A DNA stretch of 64,000 nucleotides from assembly GCA_951406725.2 (NCBI GenBank), contig OX597815.1, positions 63,178,001 to 63,242,000 on the forward strand, given 5' to 3'. Positions 37,665 through 53,638 of the stretch are shown here, in pieces; position 1 is the stretch's first letter, and every line of letters begins with the position of its first letter. This stretch comes from Octopus vulgaris. Its lineage: Eukaryota. The notes beneath the pieces were generated by a model. That model was not told where the DNA came from. It saw only the letters and a list, made by a program, of their open reading frames with translations, and did no database searches. The position numbers and the translations under genes are program-made.

Positions 37665-38211
37665 GCACGTACACATGTACATCAATGCTTTCGGAGTGAA
37701 ATGTTAAAATATTGAGTTTTCTCGAATTTTGTCTTAATTGGGGGTGAAATTGAAAGAAATATATTATGGCATGAGCGAATGGAGTACTTTGAAAAATCTT
37801 AGGTAAATTCTAATTGAAGAAATTGTGTGAGGAGTAAATCGTTATGTATTTATTTGTTTCTGTTTGCTGTGTTTTTTTATTTTTTGAGTAGTGGTTTAAA
37901 TACTTTCAGTTTAGTCTTCCTCAAATCACTCTGTCGCTATTTACTTTCATTTTATTCGTTGCACACTGTGTGTGTGCGTTTGCGTGTGCTGTAAACCAGA
38001 CTAAGAAAAGCATTTGACATAAACACCAGAATGTGAGTTTTCTGTAAATTTTGCTTAATTGGAGTTTAAATTTTAAAAACTGGACCTGGCATGACCCGAT
38101 GCATTCTACTCTTAAAAATGCTAGGTAAATTGTAATTGAAGAAATCCTATATTGTAGATTTCTATAACTCCCAAAGGGAGGCAGATAAAATCTGCCTTTT
38201 ATAATAAGAGA
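36757..38211 (-). mobile_element. complete non-autonomous Helitron (1455 bp)
   Basis: Minus strand reads A|TCtcttattataaaaggcag...aaacccgagcaacgccgggcgatactgCTAG|T: 5' TC, 3' hairpin plus CTAG, AT target, no TSD. Confidence 0.85.
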
Positions 38212-38214
38212 TTT

Positions 38215-38251
<37 letters not shown>

Positions 38252-38367
38252 AAGATATAAATATATACATATACATGCATCCATCCATCCATCCATCCAT
38301 CCATACATACATACATACATACATACATGCATGCATGCATACATACATACATACATACATACATACA

Positions 38368-38399
<32 letters not shown>

Positions 38400-38730
38400 A
38401 TAACGTACATAAATATATATTGAAATGAAACTAATATATTCAGATACATAATGAAAGTAACTGGAATTGAAACCATGTAGTAGTGAAAGTATTAATAGAG
38501 TTGTTATTATTTCACTTTTGACACAATATGAAAATAGAGTAAGAGATAACTGATTGCTCCGGCCTCGCGTTAGGGAAGAAGTTGAAATTTGTTTGGTCCT
38601 ATGACACTGCATAAACCCTAAGTAAGGCGTGTGTAAAATTTCAATGAAATCCATTGGGTAGTTTTCAAGTTGTAGTGATGCATACATACAGACACACAGA
38701 GAGACATACATTCTCCGCTTTATATATATA
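38400..38730 (-). mobile_element. Helitron-like 5' fragment
   Basis: Minus strand tatatatataaagcggagaatgtatgtctctctgtgtgtctgtatg...aaaactacccaatggatttcattgaaatttt, the same layout as the other Helitron-like 5' ends here. Confidence 0.55.
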
Positions 38731-39152
38731 GGCGTAGGAGTGGCTGAGTGGTAAGTAGCTTGCTTACGAACCACAGGTTCCACGTTCAGTCCCACTATGT
38801 GGCATCTTAGGCAAATGTCTTCTACTATAGCTTCGGGCCGACCAAAACCTTGTAAGTGAATTTGGTAGACTGAAAATGAAAGAAGCCCTTCGTATATATG
38901 TATATATAAATGTATGTGTGTGTATATGTTTGTGTGTCTGAGTTTCTGTGTTTGTCCCCCTCCAACATCGCTTGACAACCGATGCTGGTATGTTTACATC
39001 CCCATAACTTAGCTGTTCGGCAAAAGAGACTGATAGAATAAGTACTAGGCTTAGAAAGAATAAGTCCTGGTATCGATTTGCTCGACTAAAGGCGGTGCGC
39101 TGCAGCATGACCACAGTCACATGACTGAAACAAGTAAAAAGAGAGAGTAAAA
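38731..39152 (+). mobile_element. SINE family A, full length (reference copy)
   Basis: ggcgtaggagtggctgagtggtaag (A box), gttcagtccc (B box), internal TA/TG microsatellite, tail aaggcggtgcgctgcagcatgaccacagtcacatgactgaaac plus purine-rich end. Confidence 0.9.
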
Positions 39153-40001
39153 AGTATATATATATATATATATATATATTGCTTTATACGATCACCTCAC
39201 ATGCATTATCCACGCTAGTAATAGCTTCACCTACATGGTAAACCAAGTACGCTGTTCAGGCCTGAAGACGTACTTGGGTTTCCATGTACCTGAAACTATT
39301 AGTAGTATAGTTTATGTATGCTAGGTGTTTGTATAAAGCAATATTTTACCCTCGCCAGATGGAATACTCTTTTTGTTGAACCATATTACACGGATCAGTA
39401 TATTATATCAACTACATATGTGGAAAATCGGTGTGTGTTTGTTTGTGGAGTTGTTAGCTAACTCCTCCTACATCGTTTTATTCTCATGAAACTTAACAAG
39501 TGAGTAGAACTCATGTCTAGAAACCTCGTGACATACTTAGAGTATTAAAAAATCGATAATACGGCCCCTGGAAGGAAACTTTATATCTACCTCATATAAC
39601 TAATTTTTTTTAAACACTCAAGGGAAATAACCCATTTTATTTTTTATGTTCGATTACTTTGAATATTGATTTTTTTGTGTCTTATTTCTAATTTTTGCCG
39701 ACAAAAATGTTATACTTTATTTGACACGTGATTAGAGCTCATGTCAGGAAACCTCGTGACATACTTAGATTGTTGAAAAAAATCGATAATTAGGCCCTTC
39801 CAATGGATTCTTCTATGTACTGCATATTACTAATATTTTATTTAAACAACCAAAGAGAAATAACCCATACCACCTGCAGAACTTGGCGAAGCGATCAATA
39901 TTTGATTCTCACCATCAGTCGAACTAATTCTGCATTTCACTACTCACACTTCTGAACTGCTAAACATTATTTTTGCACTTCCTTATAATTCAAACATTTT
40001 T

Positions 40002-40090
40002 ACTTCCGACACATGTTTCGAAGATATCACTGATATTATTCCAAAGGAATAAAATGGTCTAAAACAATGTAATCTTCTCTTCAGGGAAGT
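40002..40090 (-). ncRNA. type I hammerhead ribozyme motif
   Basis: Minus strand acttcc CTGAAGA gaagat...atcttc GAAAC atgt GTC ggaagt. Confidence 0.75.
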
Positions 40091-40631
40091 GAAGAAATGA
40101 AACTCGTTAATAAGACATTTTAACAGAAAATGTTGGATATGTACAGTGATTTACTGAACGCTATTAATATTGTTTAAAAAGACGTTATATGATATAACGT
40201 CAGAAGCAGCCTATAGAAAGAGGAGGGATATTTTTTTAGTGAATGTTAAATATAAAAAGAAAATTAATGTTTAAATTATATATAATTATAGAGATTACTT
40301 CTATGAACTAAAGGTGTGTTTTTGCCAATGTTTACATTGGTATGCATGCGCTATAACCGTGTTTACTAGGGGATTTTTAGAAAAAAAATAATGAAAAATA
40401 GTTCAGAATTACAGAGAAGACATAATTCCTTGCCTTTGTCATAAGGTATCGATATTGAGAGAATCAACCATTCTAAATTCACTAAAACAAATATCCCTCC
40501 TCTTTCTATAGGCTACTTCTGACGTTATATCATAAAACGTTTTTTTAAACAATATTAATAGCGTTCAGTAAATCACTATACATATCCATCATTTTCTATT
40601 GAAATCTCTTATTGACGAGTTTCATTTCTTC

Positions 40632-40720
40632 ACTTCCCTGAAGAGAAGATTACATTGTTTTACACCATTTTATTCCTTCGGAATAATATCAGTGATATCT
40701 TCGAAACATGTGTCGGAAGT
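40632..40720 (+). ncRNA. type I hammerhead ribozyme motif
   Basis: acttcc CTGAAGA gaagat...atcttc GAAAC atgt GTC ggaagt; perfect 6-bp stem I and 6-bp base of stem II. Confidence 0.78.
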
Positions 40721-40765
40721 AAAAGTATTTGAATTATAACTGCGTTAAACTCTATTTATATATAT

Positions 40766-40861
<96 letters not shown>

Positions 40862-41639
40862 ATGAAGAATGATTTTTAATAATTAAGTTAGAGTAGTAGT
40901 GGCGCGAGTATGAATATCATAGACAAATACAGGTACCTCAAATACCATACAACATCAAATATTGAATTTTTTAAATTATCACCAATTCTGGATGATGCTT
41001 CATAATTACAGCTCCATACGAAAAGGAAAGACAATCACAAGAACAAACACTAGTGAAAGAAACAGATGCTTTTATTGAAAAAAGGTAAATGGATAGATAA
41101 TATTTAGACCTATATATAGATGTATCTTTCGCTGTAAATATTTGAAGGATATAAATTATGGCAGAGAACCGATGCTCTTCGAGTGAAATCCATCGAATTA
41201 GGAACGTTCTTTCTCACGTTCACGATAAAACGTAGAGTGAACAAATTCAGACAGTTGCTGAGAATTTGAAATAAACGACGCTATTGTACACAAATGGCGA
41301 TACGTTATATAGTATATGAAAATATTCACACGCATGTACACGTATGCAGGTTTCTATAATGATGCACATTAATAAACAGGAATTCATATTGCAGTATTGG
41401 GGTGGGGTGCCACTTGCATATGTCGGTGAGTGTGCATGTGCATGCGATTGGGTGGGCGCGTGTTGTCTTCAGTCAATTCTTGGAAACAATGCATAATTAA
41501 ACCTCGTCATTGATGCTAACTAATGAAGCTGAGTGTGTATATATACATTCTTGTGTGAATGTATGTGTATGCTAGTCCGAGTGTATGTATATCTATACAT
41601 TATATTATGTATGCGTGAGTACGTGTAAACGAGTGTGCA

Positions 41640-44349
<2,710 letters not shown>

Positions 44350-44352
<3 letters not shown>

Positions 44353-44610
44353 AGAATTTACAAAAGACGAAGTTGAGTGTGTAAACAACAAACGGATGTA
44401 TTAGTTTAACGCTCGGGAAGTGAGAAAGTCTTTTACGTTTCGAGCCTACACTCTTCGACAGAAAGGAACACAGAAATAAACAGGGAGAGAAAACAGAAAA
44501 AGGTCTAGTGGCTAGCTAGCTATCATAACGAATGCCGCTCAGAAGGGTCACACAGAAGAGCTAGGAAGAACATAATAAAGTAGTGGTGATCCCAACACGA
44601 AGGTGCGCAT
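44350..44610 (-). mobile_element. solo Neptune-type PLE terminus
   Basis: Homologous to 63330-63575; hammerhead-like motif at 44430-44465; flanked by (TA)n. Confidence 0.7.
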
Positions 44611-44612
44611 AC

Positions 44613-44738
<126 letters not shown>

Positions 44739-45211
44739 TTTTTATATATGAGCGTCTGCTAATACTTTACATGTACCACGTCCTCGCGTTGTTGTTTTTT
44801 CTTTGTTCTTCGTTTTTTTGGGGAGGGGGATTATATATATATATATATACACAAATAAAAAGAAAGACAAAAATAAAAACATCGTCAAAAGACTATACGC
44901 AGTAAAAGTATTAGCCTGACACTCAGTTTAAGATGGTAAAATAAAAATGGCGTGTGACGCTATATGCATGGATGTTCGTCAGAAAGAGGAAATATACATG
45001 CATATGCATAGAATGACTGAGAATGGCCAATAACGTGTACTTGAATAGCAATCACAAATAAGATATGAAATAACATGCAAGATAAATTTCAGACTTTTCG
45101 AAATTTTAAAATTCTTGAGATTATCTACCTTCCTCATTTCGAGTTGGTACCAATTGTCTGTGAGCGTCAATTAAATTTATACATGTATGTGTGTGTGTAT
45201 CTATATATGAA

Positions 45212-45282
<71 letters not shown>

Positions 45283-45677
45283 GCGATGATAATTGCGTTA
45301 AATCAAGGATTTCTTTTTATATTTCTCTTTGTTATTCGTACACCTAGTACTGAACCTTTCTTTGAATTCATTTTAGATTCATGTACGAATACATATATAA
45401 ATATATACCGACATATGTACGTACATAGATATATACGTACATATATACACTTGAGTAAGCACATAAATGTGAAACAAAGTGGAAAAAGAGAGTACTCAAA
45501 TATCAGAGGTAGAGTAATAGACATTATTATTATTATTATAGCAGAAATATCACGTTCCCGTTTGTCGGATGGCTTTGCTACAATGTTCGACGAACGGGAA
45601 CGTGAAACACTGAGTAACAGTTTTTGTAATATTTCTGCTGCTTTTCAATAAAGAATACATCCATATATATGTATATA

Positions 45678-45731
<54 letters not shown>

Positions 45732-46142
45732 CACACATACGTACATATATACAATACATTGCTACATAATCAGATACTCTCATGCACCGTTTTTACACGT
45801 GTATAAGTTGCACCCCTAATTTAGAATAAAATCTTGTTCCAAATTTTTTCCCTTCATACTTTTTGCATTTCCTCATCTATAAAGTCGCGCTCCAAGTTTT
45901 TCTCTTAAAATCAAATACAAAGTAGAACAAATTATATAAGAGTAAATGCAGTTTGTTGCCTTCAGTTTCTCATTTTATTAATATTATTGAGACGTTTCAC
46001 TAATTCTCGTTGCATGAAAATATATGCGAATTATGTATAACTACTATAACAGTTCATTACATTAAACTTGTTTGGAAATCCTTTTTGTTTCAATGATGAT
46101 ATCGGTAAATTTGAGTTCTTTTGCGTTTATTATCATTATAAC

Positions 46143-46203
<61 letters not shown>

Positions 46204-46216
46204 GTTGTTGTTGTTG

Positions 46217-46284
<68 letters not shown>

Positions 46285-46402
46285 GTTTACTTTTAATATC
46301 CATATTTGATGTATTCACTTTCCGGGACACAGCTAGGGCCCTAGGGCAGGTGAAGGTAAAGAGATGTTGAAATATAACTGAAAGCTTGACGAGGGCATTA
46401 TT

Positions 46403-46820
46403 TAGGCGGCGAGCGGGCAGAATCGTTAGCACGCTGGGCCAAATTCTTAGCGGTATTTCGTCCATCACTACATTCTTAGTTCAAATTACACCGAAAATGA
46501 CTTTGCCTTTCGGGGTCGATAAAATAAGTACCAGTGAAACACAGGAGTCGATGTAATCGACTAATCTCCTCCTCTAAAATTTTGAGACTTGTGTTTTTAG
46601 TAGAAACAATTATTGTTATTATTAAGGCGACGAGCTGACAGAGTCGTTACCGCGTCGGGAAAAATGCATAGTGGCATTTCTTCCGACTTTATGTTCTGAG
46701 TTCAAATGCCGCCGAGGGTGACTTTGCAGTTCGTTCTTTCGTGGTCGATAAAATAAGTATCAGTTGAACACTGGGGTTGATGTAATCACCTTATCTACTT
46801 TCAACCTGCTAGCCTTGTGA
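46403..46820 (+). mobile_element. two tandem copies of SINE family C (Deu/Nin-domain-like)
   Basis: aggcggcgagc-ggcagaatcgttag...gagttcaaat...gactttgcctttc...ggggtcgataaaataagtaccag at 46403-46620 and 46625-46820. Confidence 0.75.
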
Positions 46821-46821
46821 T

Positions 46822-47355
46822 ACAGGGGTAAAATATACGAAGCCCAGTATACCCATCATGACTACCCGTCTGATATGTCGCGCACATATGGTTGTGATGC
46901 ATGTGCCTGGTGTAACTTATGTGCGCGACATGGTGATCTCATATCAAGATAAACAGCGCATGACCTTGCAGGTGGGGCCCAGTTAGAATTTTCTTCTGGT
47001 CGAGTAACCCATCCCGCTCAAAAGGTCTCTGAATAAGGGTTGTTTAAGGATGTTGAGCGAAACATCCATGTTTCCTGGGGTGAATTATTCAAACCCCAAT
47101 GAATCCCTCTCAACACATGTCTATGATGCTCCCACACTACTGCTCGTGATCAGAGATGCATATATCGTCAGCCACTTAGGGACATGCTCAACTGGTTAAG
47201 GTCAAATAACTGACAAGCAAATCTGTGGTATTGATCAGAATATTTGCTGTAGCCCATCTTTTATACCAAGACAAAACAATGTACATGATAACACTTCCAA
47301 TCAGTTAAGATCAGAAGCCACGAGAGCCACTGTCTGGTACTGCATCAGGGCATCA
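46822..47355 (+). mobile_element. unclassified interspersed-repeat-like segment ending at (TTA)n
   Basis: Higher-complexity non-coding block between SINE C and the long (TTA)n; no protein motif recognised. Confidence 0.3.
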
Positions 47356-47360
47356 TGGCA

Positions 47361-48041
<681 letters not shown>

Positions 48042-48949
48042 TTCATTTTGTCGTAGATCGTATCAGTATTTCTCTATAATCATCCTTCTTAGTAAAACGT
48101 GATGTGTACCATGACCAGCGAGAATAAAAACACTGGCTTACATATTTATTCTGAATTCATTCCGGCAGATTCGATCGGGAATATGCTAGTTGCTGTTGTA
48201 TCTCGACAACGCAGCTTCTCTTTGAGATGAATGTTTGTTCACAAGCCGCTCTATTCTTAGTACTAAAGCATATTTAAATAGAAGCATATTTAAATAGCTT
48301 CACACAAATTGCAAATTTCTTCAGGCATCTTTCACTGACGAAGACATCAATTCATCATAGACACCTGTGAGCCTAACTATCAAAACACATTATGTCTGGA
48401 GATATGTTATTTGATGGATGCTATTCATTTCAATATACAGGTTCACTTCATCTCCAAGTACCTTTTTATTGTAACTGCATCTATTATATAGCTTTGCATA
48501 TAGCATCGTTTCAAATTTAATCTTATTCTGTAGCGATTTTTTTTTGCACGCAAAATTTCTTCTCCTCATAACTAGGATATGCTTATTCGTATACAGAATA
48601 CATACAAAGGAATGTTAATGTCTGGGGATTTGGGCAGTTGCTGCATCTTTGACCTTAGTAATGACCTTGAAAGCGATAATATATCAATAAATATTCTGCT
48701 GTGTTGACAGCAACTCATGCTACAGGTAATTGTGTAGCAAATGTGTAAGCATGCTACTTATATAAAAAATATGCCTCTATATACGCGAAAATGGGTAGCT
48801 TTGAATTTTTGCCTTAGTACCTGGGGCTCTTTGTATTGAGTGGTCATGGGCCTGAGAAAATAGTGGTAGAGTGTATGGAATATAGACTAGTTATCCTGTT
48901 GGATAGGTAAATATTTGAAATGCAGTAATGCTTAAAATCCCAGTTTCTT

Positions 48950-49145
48950 CGCAGCCTTTTAAAATGATCGCTGTTGAAGTTAGGATGTTTAGCTTCTCTG
49001 TGATACAAAACTTGCCTTTGCTACCTCGTCTCTTATACTTACTGTACTTGGCTATAATACTCCAGTTTATTTCGGGGTTTTCCACGATCCTCTCTTTTAA
49101 TCTCCTTACCACACTGGACAAAATTGTAGCTATGTTCGTATAAAT
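48950..49145 (-). mobile_element. decayed Naiad-type PLE C-terminus
   Basis: ATILSSVVRRLKE..PEINWSIIAKYSKYKRRGSKGKFCITEKLNIL parallels ATGLSKLIWRLK..LEWSIL..RGKKICNLCNSE in ORF 20814-22568. Confidence 0.65.
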
Positions 49146-49325
49146 ATGTTCACATTTTTTACTATCACTTGAACTGATAATACATACACCTACGTACCCA
49201 ATCACACGCACATAACCAATCACATATACAAACGCACGTACGTGCACGCACACTCTCATATAGTCTCACTTCCATTTCTCTTGTACAAATATGTCTCATT
49301 GCATTATTATCGCTAACACGACGAC

Positions 49326-49359
<34 letters not shown>

Positions 49360-51214
49360 TCTCGTAGTCCAAGAAAGATGGTTTCGCAATTTCTTGCTGA
49401 ATAACCAGCACAAGTGATTTTTTTTTGCATTTATCAAATGTTTGTGCTGTACATTAGCTTACCCATTCCATTAAATCGAGTGAACAGGTTTACAGTGTAC
49501 TAAACATCAGGTGTGGAAGTGATCGCAGAGCACAACACATCAGCTGGTCCAGGAACGGAAACCACGATTTCATGATTGCGAGTGCAAAACCTTAACCACC
49601 AGGCCATGCGCCCTCACATTGCACACATACACATATATGAAACTACGTTTGTATTTAAACATTTTGCGCCATGGCTCCTTGTTTTTTATTTTGTTTTTAT
49701 TTTTATTTATTTATTTTTTCTCAGAATGAAAATGCCATGTGAAAAAACCTAAGTTTAGCTTTGCTTTGCTTTCAGACATAATAATTGCAATTATACTTTT
49801 TGTGTAAAATGTTAAACATAAATCTCAGCTGTTTGAAGTTTCAAAAGATTCCTCTCTTTTATCTTCGTCTTGTTTCGTGTTTAGCACGTGTATTAATTTC
49901 TGAATAAAAAATATTATCAAGTGCTGTGTGTCACTATACTTCAGTCTAACGCCCTCTGGGAAAGAGAATGAATCGTTGTCTTTCACCTGACTCATACTTA
50001 ATTTGATTAGTGATAAAGTGAATGTGAACTTCCTTTTTGAAATACTTAGTTCATCCTCGCAGACCTTCCTTGTAAATGTTGGAACTTTTCGGCGTATATT
50101 TATGAGTTGCTGTTTAGTTCTCAACTTAGCCCTGTACCCAGTTCAGCCCATCCAGCTGCACCCGATCAGTATAGTGTACCTAAGACTTTATTATACAATG
50201 TGTCCTCATTATTATTAAAGACTGATTCGTTTTTGTATTGTTTTGTAAGATTGTTGGCGTGAATCATGTGCTAAAACTGATATTGGTGTAATTTGGGAGG
50301 GTCATACTTCCGTTTAAACCACATGTACTGGGTATGTTTCACTTCGGGTTTATGACCAATCAATTAGATAAATAATCAGTTGATTAATTGTTTAATCGAT
50401 TTGTCAATCACAGCCTGTGACTTTATCACTGATGAACAGTAATTAAGCAATAAATGCTGAGAAGAAAGAGATGATTGAGAGTCGCAGTCATTGATAAGAT
50501 CAAAAGTTCTGAAGAAGGACTTTGACAGGTTAATCGATCAACCATCAGATCAATAGATTAATTATCTAGTTGACTGGTACTAAAATTAAAGTGAAATATA
50601 ACCAGGTTGGGTATGATTTTAGTAACATAAGACTAATATTTCTGACAGATCTATTCCTGTAGGGACCTCATTCTGGACTGATGTGTTTGAAGGCTGTGCA
50701 GGCTGTATTTGTAGATATTGGTGTTGATGATGATCCACTTTAACATGAGGCAGATCATTATTAACGTAAGCCTCACGACCAGGTGCATCGAAAGAACACT
50801 TCCGAAGACAAAAGATTAAGTATTAAACTTCCGGTAACTTTGTTGGCGTGAGTTTACTAGTTGGAACTTACTTCTCTTGAAGTTATACTCAAATAACACA
50901 AAGATGGATAGTTACATGGTAGCATGGAGCAGCGAAACTCTCGTCAGCTACACGGTGCTGCCACTACTTACAGCAATTGAATTAATGTTTGCCTTATTCG
51001 GCTGAACCTCATGAAATTAATGTCTTTACTACAGACACACTTCAGTAGCTGGTCAAGATATGAACCGCAGAGCTTTCGGTTGACCGATTGATACCATAAT
51101 CATTCAACCATCTTGAGAATTGGAATGTCTTTATGGTAATATTTGAAATTTGTATATGTTGATGGAAGTCAATAGTCAAGAAATATGAGCCAATAAGTAT
51201 TGTAATATTGTAGT

Positions 51215-51525
51215 TTTGAGGTTAGGGTATTCGGCACACGATCGTAAGGTCATCAGTTTGATTCCCGGCGGTGCGTTTTGTCCTTAAGCAAGGCACTTTA
51301 TTTCACTTTACTTCAATCCATTCAGTTGGAAAAAACGAGTAGTACCTGTATTTCAAAGGGCCATTCTTGTCACATTTTGTGTCACGCTGAATCTCCCGGA
51401 GAGCTACGTTAAGGTTACGCGTATCTGTAGAGTGCTCAGCCACTTGCATGATCATTTCAGGAGCCAGCTCTTCCGTTAATCGGATCAACTGAGACACTTG
51501 TTATCTTAACATACGGATTGCCAGT
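51215..51525 (+). mobile_element. SINE family B
   Basis: Colinear with 36050-36360. Confidence 0.75.
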
Positions 51526-51809
51526 AATTGTAGTCTCATGGATTTTTGGTTGCTACAAAATTCTTCTTGCTGTTTATTTTCGAGATTGGTTTTCATTGAT
51601 CATATTTATGGCCTTTGACCATAAGTATGGTCAACCAGTCTAATTTGCCTTATTGTCACGTTACATCTATAGTATACAATGTCAGTTTCCTTTCAAAGAC
51701 AGTAGGGATTGAGTTGAGGCAATTTAGAAACTATTTCTAGCAGGTCAGACAACCACATAAAGGACTCCTCGTGTATATTATTGTATCTTTTATCTTTTAT
51801 CTTTATTTT

Positions 51810-52205
51810 TTACTTATTCCAGTCACCAGACTTCGGCCATGCTGGGGCACCGCCTTGAAAATTGTTTAGTCGAATGCATCGACCTCAGTACTTTTTAAAG
51901 CCTGATACTCATTCTATTGATCTCTTTTGCTGAACTGCTTAGTTACGGGGACGTAAACACTCCAACAATTATTGTCAATTGGTAGTGAGGGACAAACACA
52001 GACACAAAGACACGCATAGATATATACACAAACAACGGGTTTCTTTCAGTTTCCGTCCACCAAATCCACTCACAAAATTTTTGTGAAGATTATAGTAGGT
52101 TGTAGAAGACGCTATATACAAGGGGACACTTGCCCAAGGTGTCAAACAATGGGAATGAACCTAGAGCCATGTAGTTGGGAAGCAAGCTTCTTAACACGCA
52201 ACCAT
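51810..52205 (-). mobile_element. SINE family A, near full length
   Basis: Colinear with the reverse complement of 38731-39152. Confidence 0.85.
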
Positions 52206-52764
52206 ATCTGTAGTGTAACTTTGTAGTGTAACTTTGTGGAACCAATCTTCAGTGATTCTAACTATAGTCCCTGTACTGTGGAATACACTAGTTTTGTCAG
52301 TCTTAGTAGATATTTTGACGAGTTCAGATTCTATGCTTCGGGTTTCGCTCTTTGATCCTTCTCTATGGGAGCTTGTACTCTAGTCTTTTCGACGTCAGGT
52401 TGTTTCGTAGATACGTTTCTCACCAATTGGTGCTGGAATCTAGTTCTGAAGATCATGTTCATATTAAATATTTAACTATACGATTGTCTATATCACAATC
52501 AAAATGTAGATCTCTGTAACTGTTGTGTACAAGATCTTGTTCACAATCCGGCAATATATTTATCTTTGCAAGCTTCAAGTTTTGAAATTTGACTTTGAAG
52601 ATATCGAGTTCGTTAGAGGATTTTTGTGGGCGTTTAAATTGAAGAGTGAATGTAAGCTTCTTTCTCTGGATTATCTTTGTAAACTACAAGATAGATAATA
52701 TATACATACATACATACATACATACATACATACATACATACATACATACATACATACATACATG

Positions 52765-52817
<53 letters not shown>

Positions 52818-52860
52818 GTATATATATATATACACACACATACATGCATAACACACACAA

Positions 52861-52892
<32 letters not shown>

Positions 52893-53601
52893 CTTTGTAA
52901 GTTTATCTTTGTAGGCTGCAGTGTGAATAAATATATATATTCATTGTTTATCTTCTGCAGACTGCAGAATGTAGAAGTATATATATATATAATTTTGGTT
53001 TATTTTCGTAGACTATGGTTGTGTTCTTGTACAATGGACTTTGTTTTACGTTACTTCAGCCCAGTCAGCTGAAAATTTATACCACCCACACTTGGGTAGG
53101 AAGGATCACCCTCCGACGGACTGATGTTCAGCACGAGGCCGGATGGGGTATGAGTGAAGGGAGTTTGTACATTCAATTATTTATACACCATAGAAAACGG
53201 GATAAGCTCTGGTCCTATGGACACCCGAGGGCTTCAGACGGACTTTAACATAATGATGAGAATGAATGTAAAGTTAGATTTGTTCTGTTTTGAGAATTGC
53301 ATTGGTGATAGACCCAGAGTAGTAGCAACAGTGACATGATAGACATGTTTGTTTTTATAAAGATCATAGTAGCCGTTTGTGCTTTTATGAAGGCTAATGG
53401 CCTTCGTGATAATTATCTCAATGTAATGGTAATGGTTAGTTTGATTAAACATTTCGAAGAAGCTCAAAAACATCTTCATAAAACCCACTGAATGATAAAC
53501 TTTCACTTGAAGATAATATAATTCTTGACAAGTAAACAAAGGAACTGTTACACAGTAAAAAGAATTGGAAAACACAAATCCGATCGCACGCTCACACGCG
53601 A

Positions 53602-53638
<37 letters not shown>

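Larger units (their letters stand above)
39983..40739. mobile_element. truncated Naiad-type PLE with inverted pLTRs (about 260-bp arms)
   Basis: 39983-40244 is the reverse complement of 40477-40739; each arm has a hammerhead; the spacer encodes a CQCLHW remnant. Confidence 0.75.

Noticed and set aside
38731-38800. tRNA genes at SINE heads (also 36050, 46403, 51215)
   Set aside because: A/B-box-like motifs are present, but there is no complete cloverleaf and each continues into a SINE body.
50915-50960. Hammerhead (GAAAC-tctc-GTC on plus, CTGACGA on minus)
   Set aside because: Neither strand has both halves of the core in the right arrangement.
49790-53580. Further PLE fragments (VYLRLYY near 50170, CKDKYIAG near 52560, ORF 53234-53899)
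   Set aside because: The similarity is too short and degenerate to support by eye.
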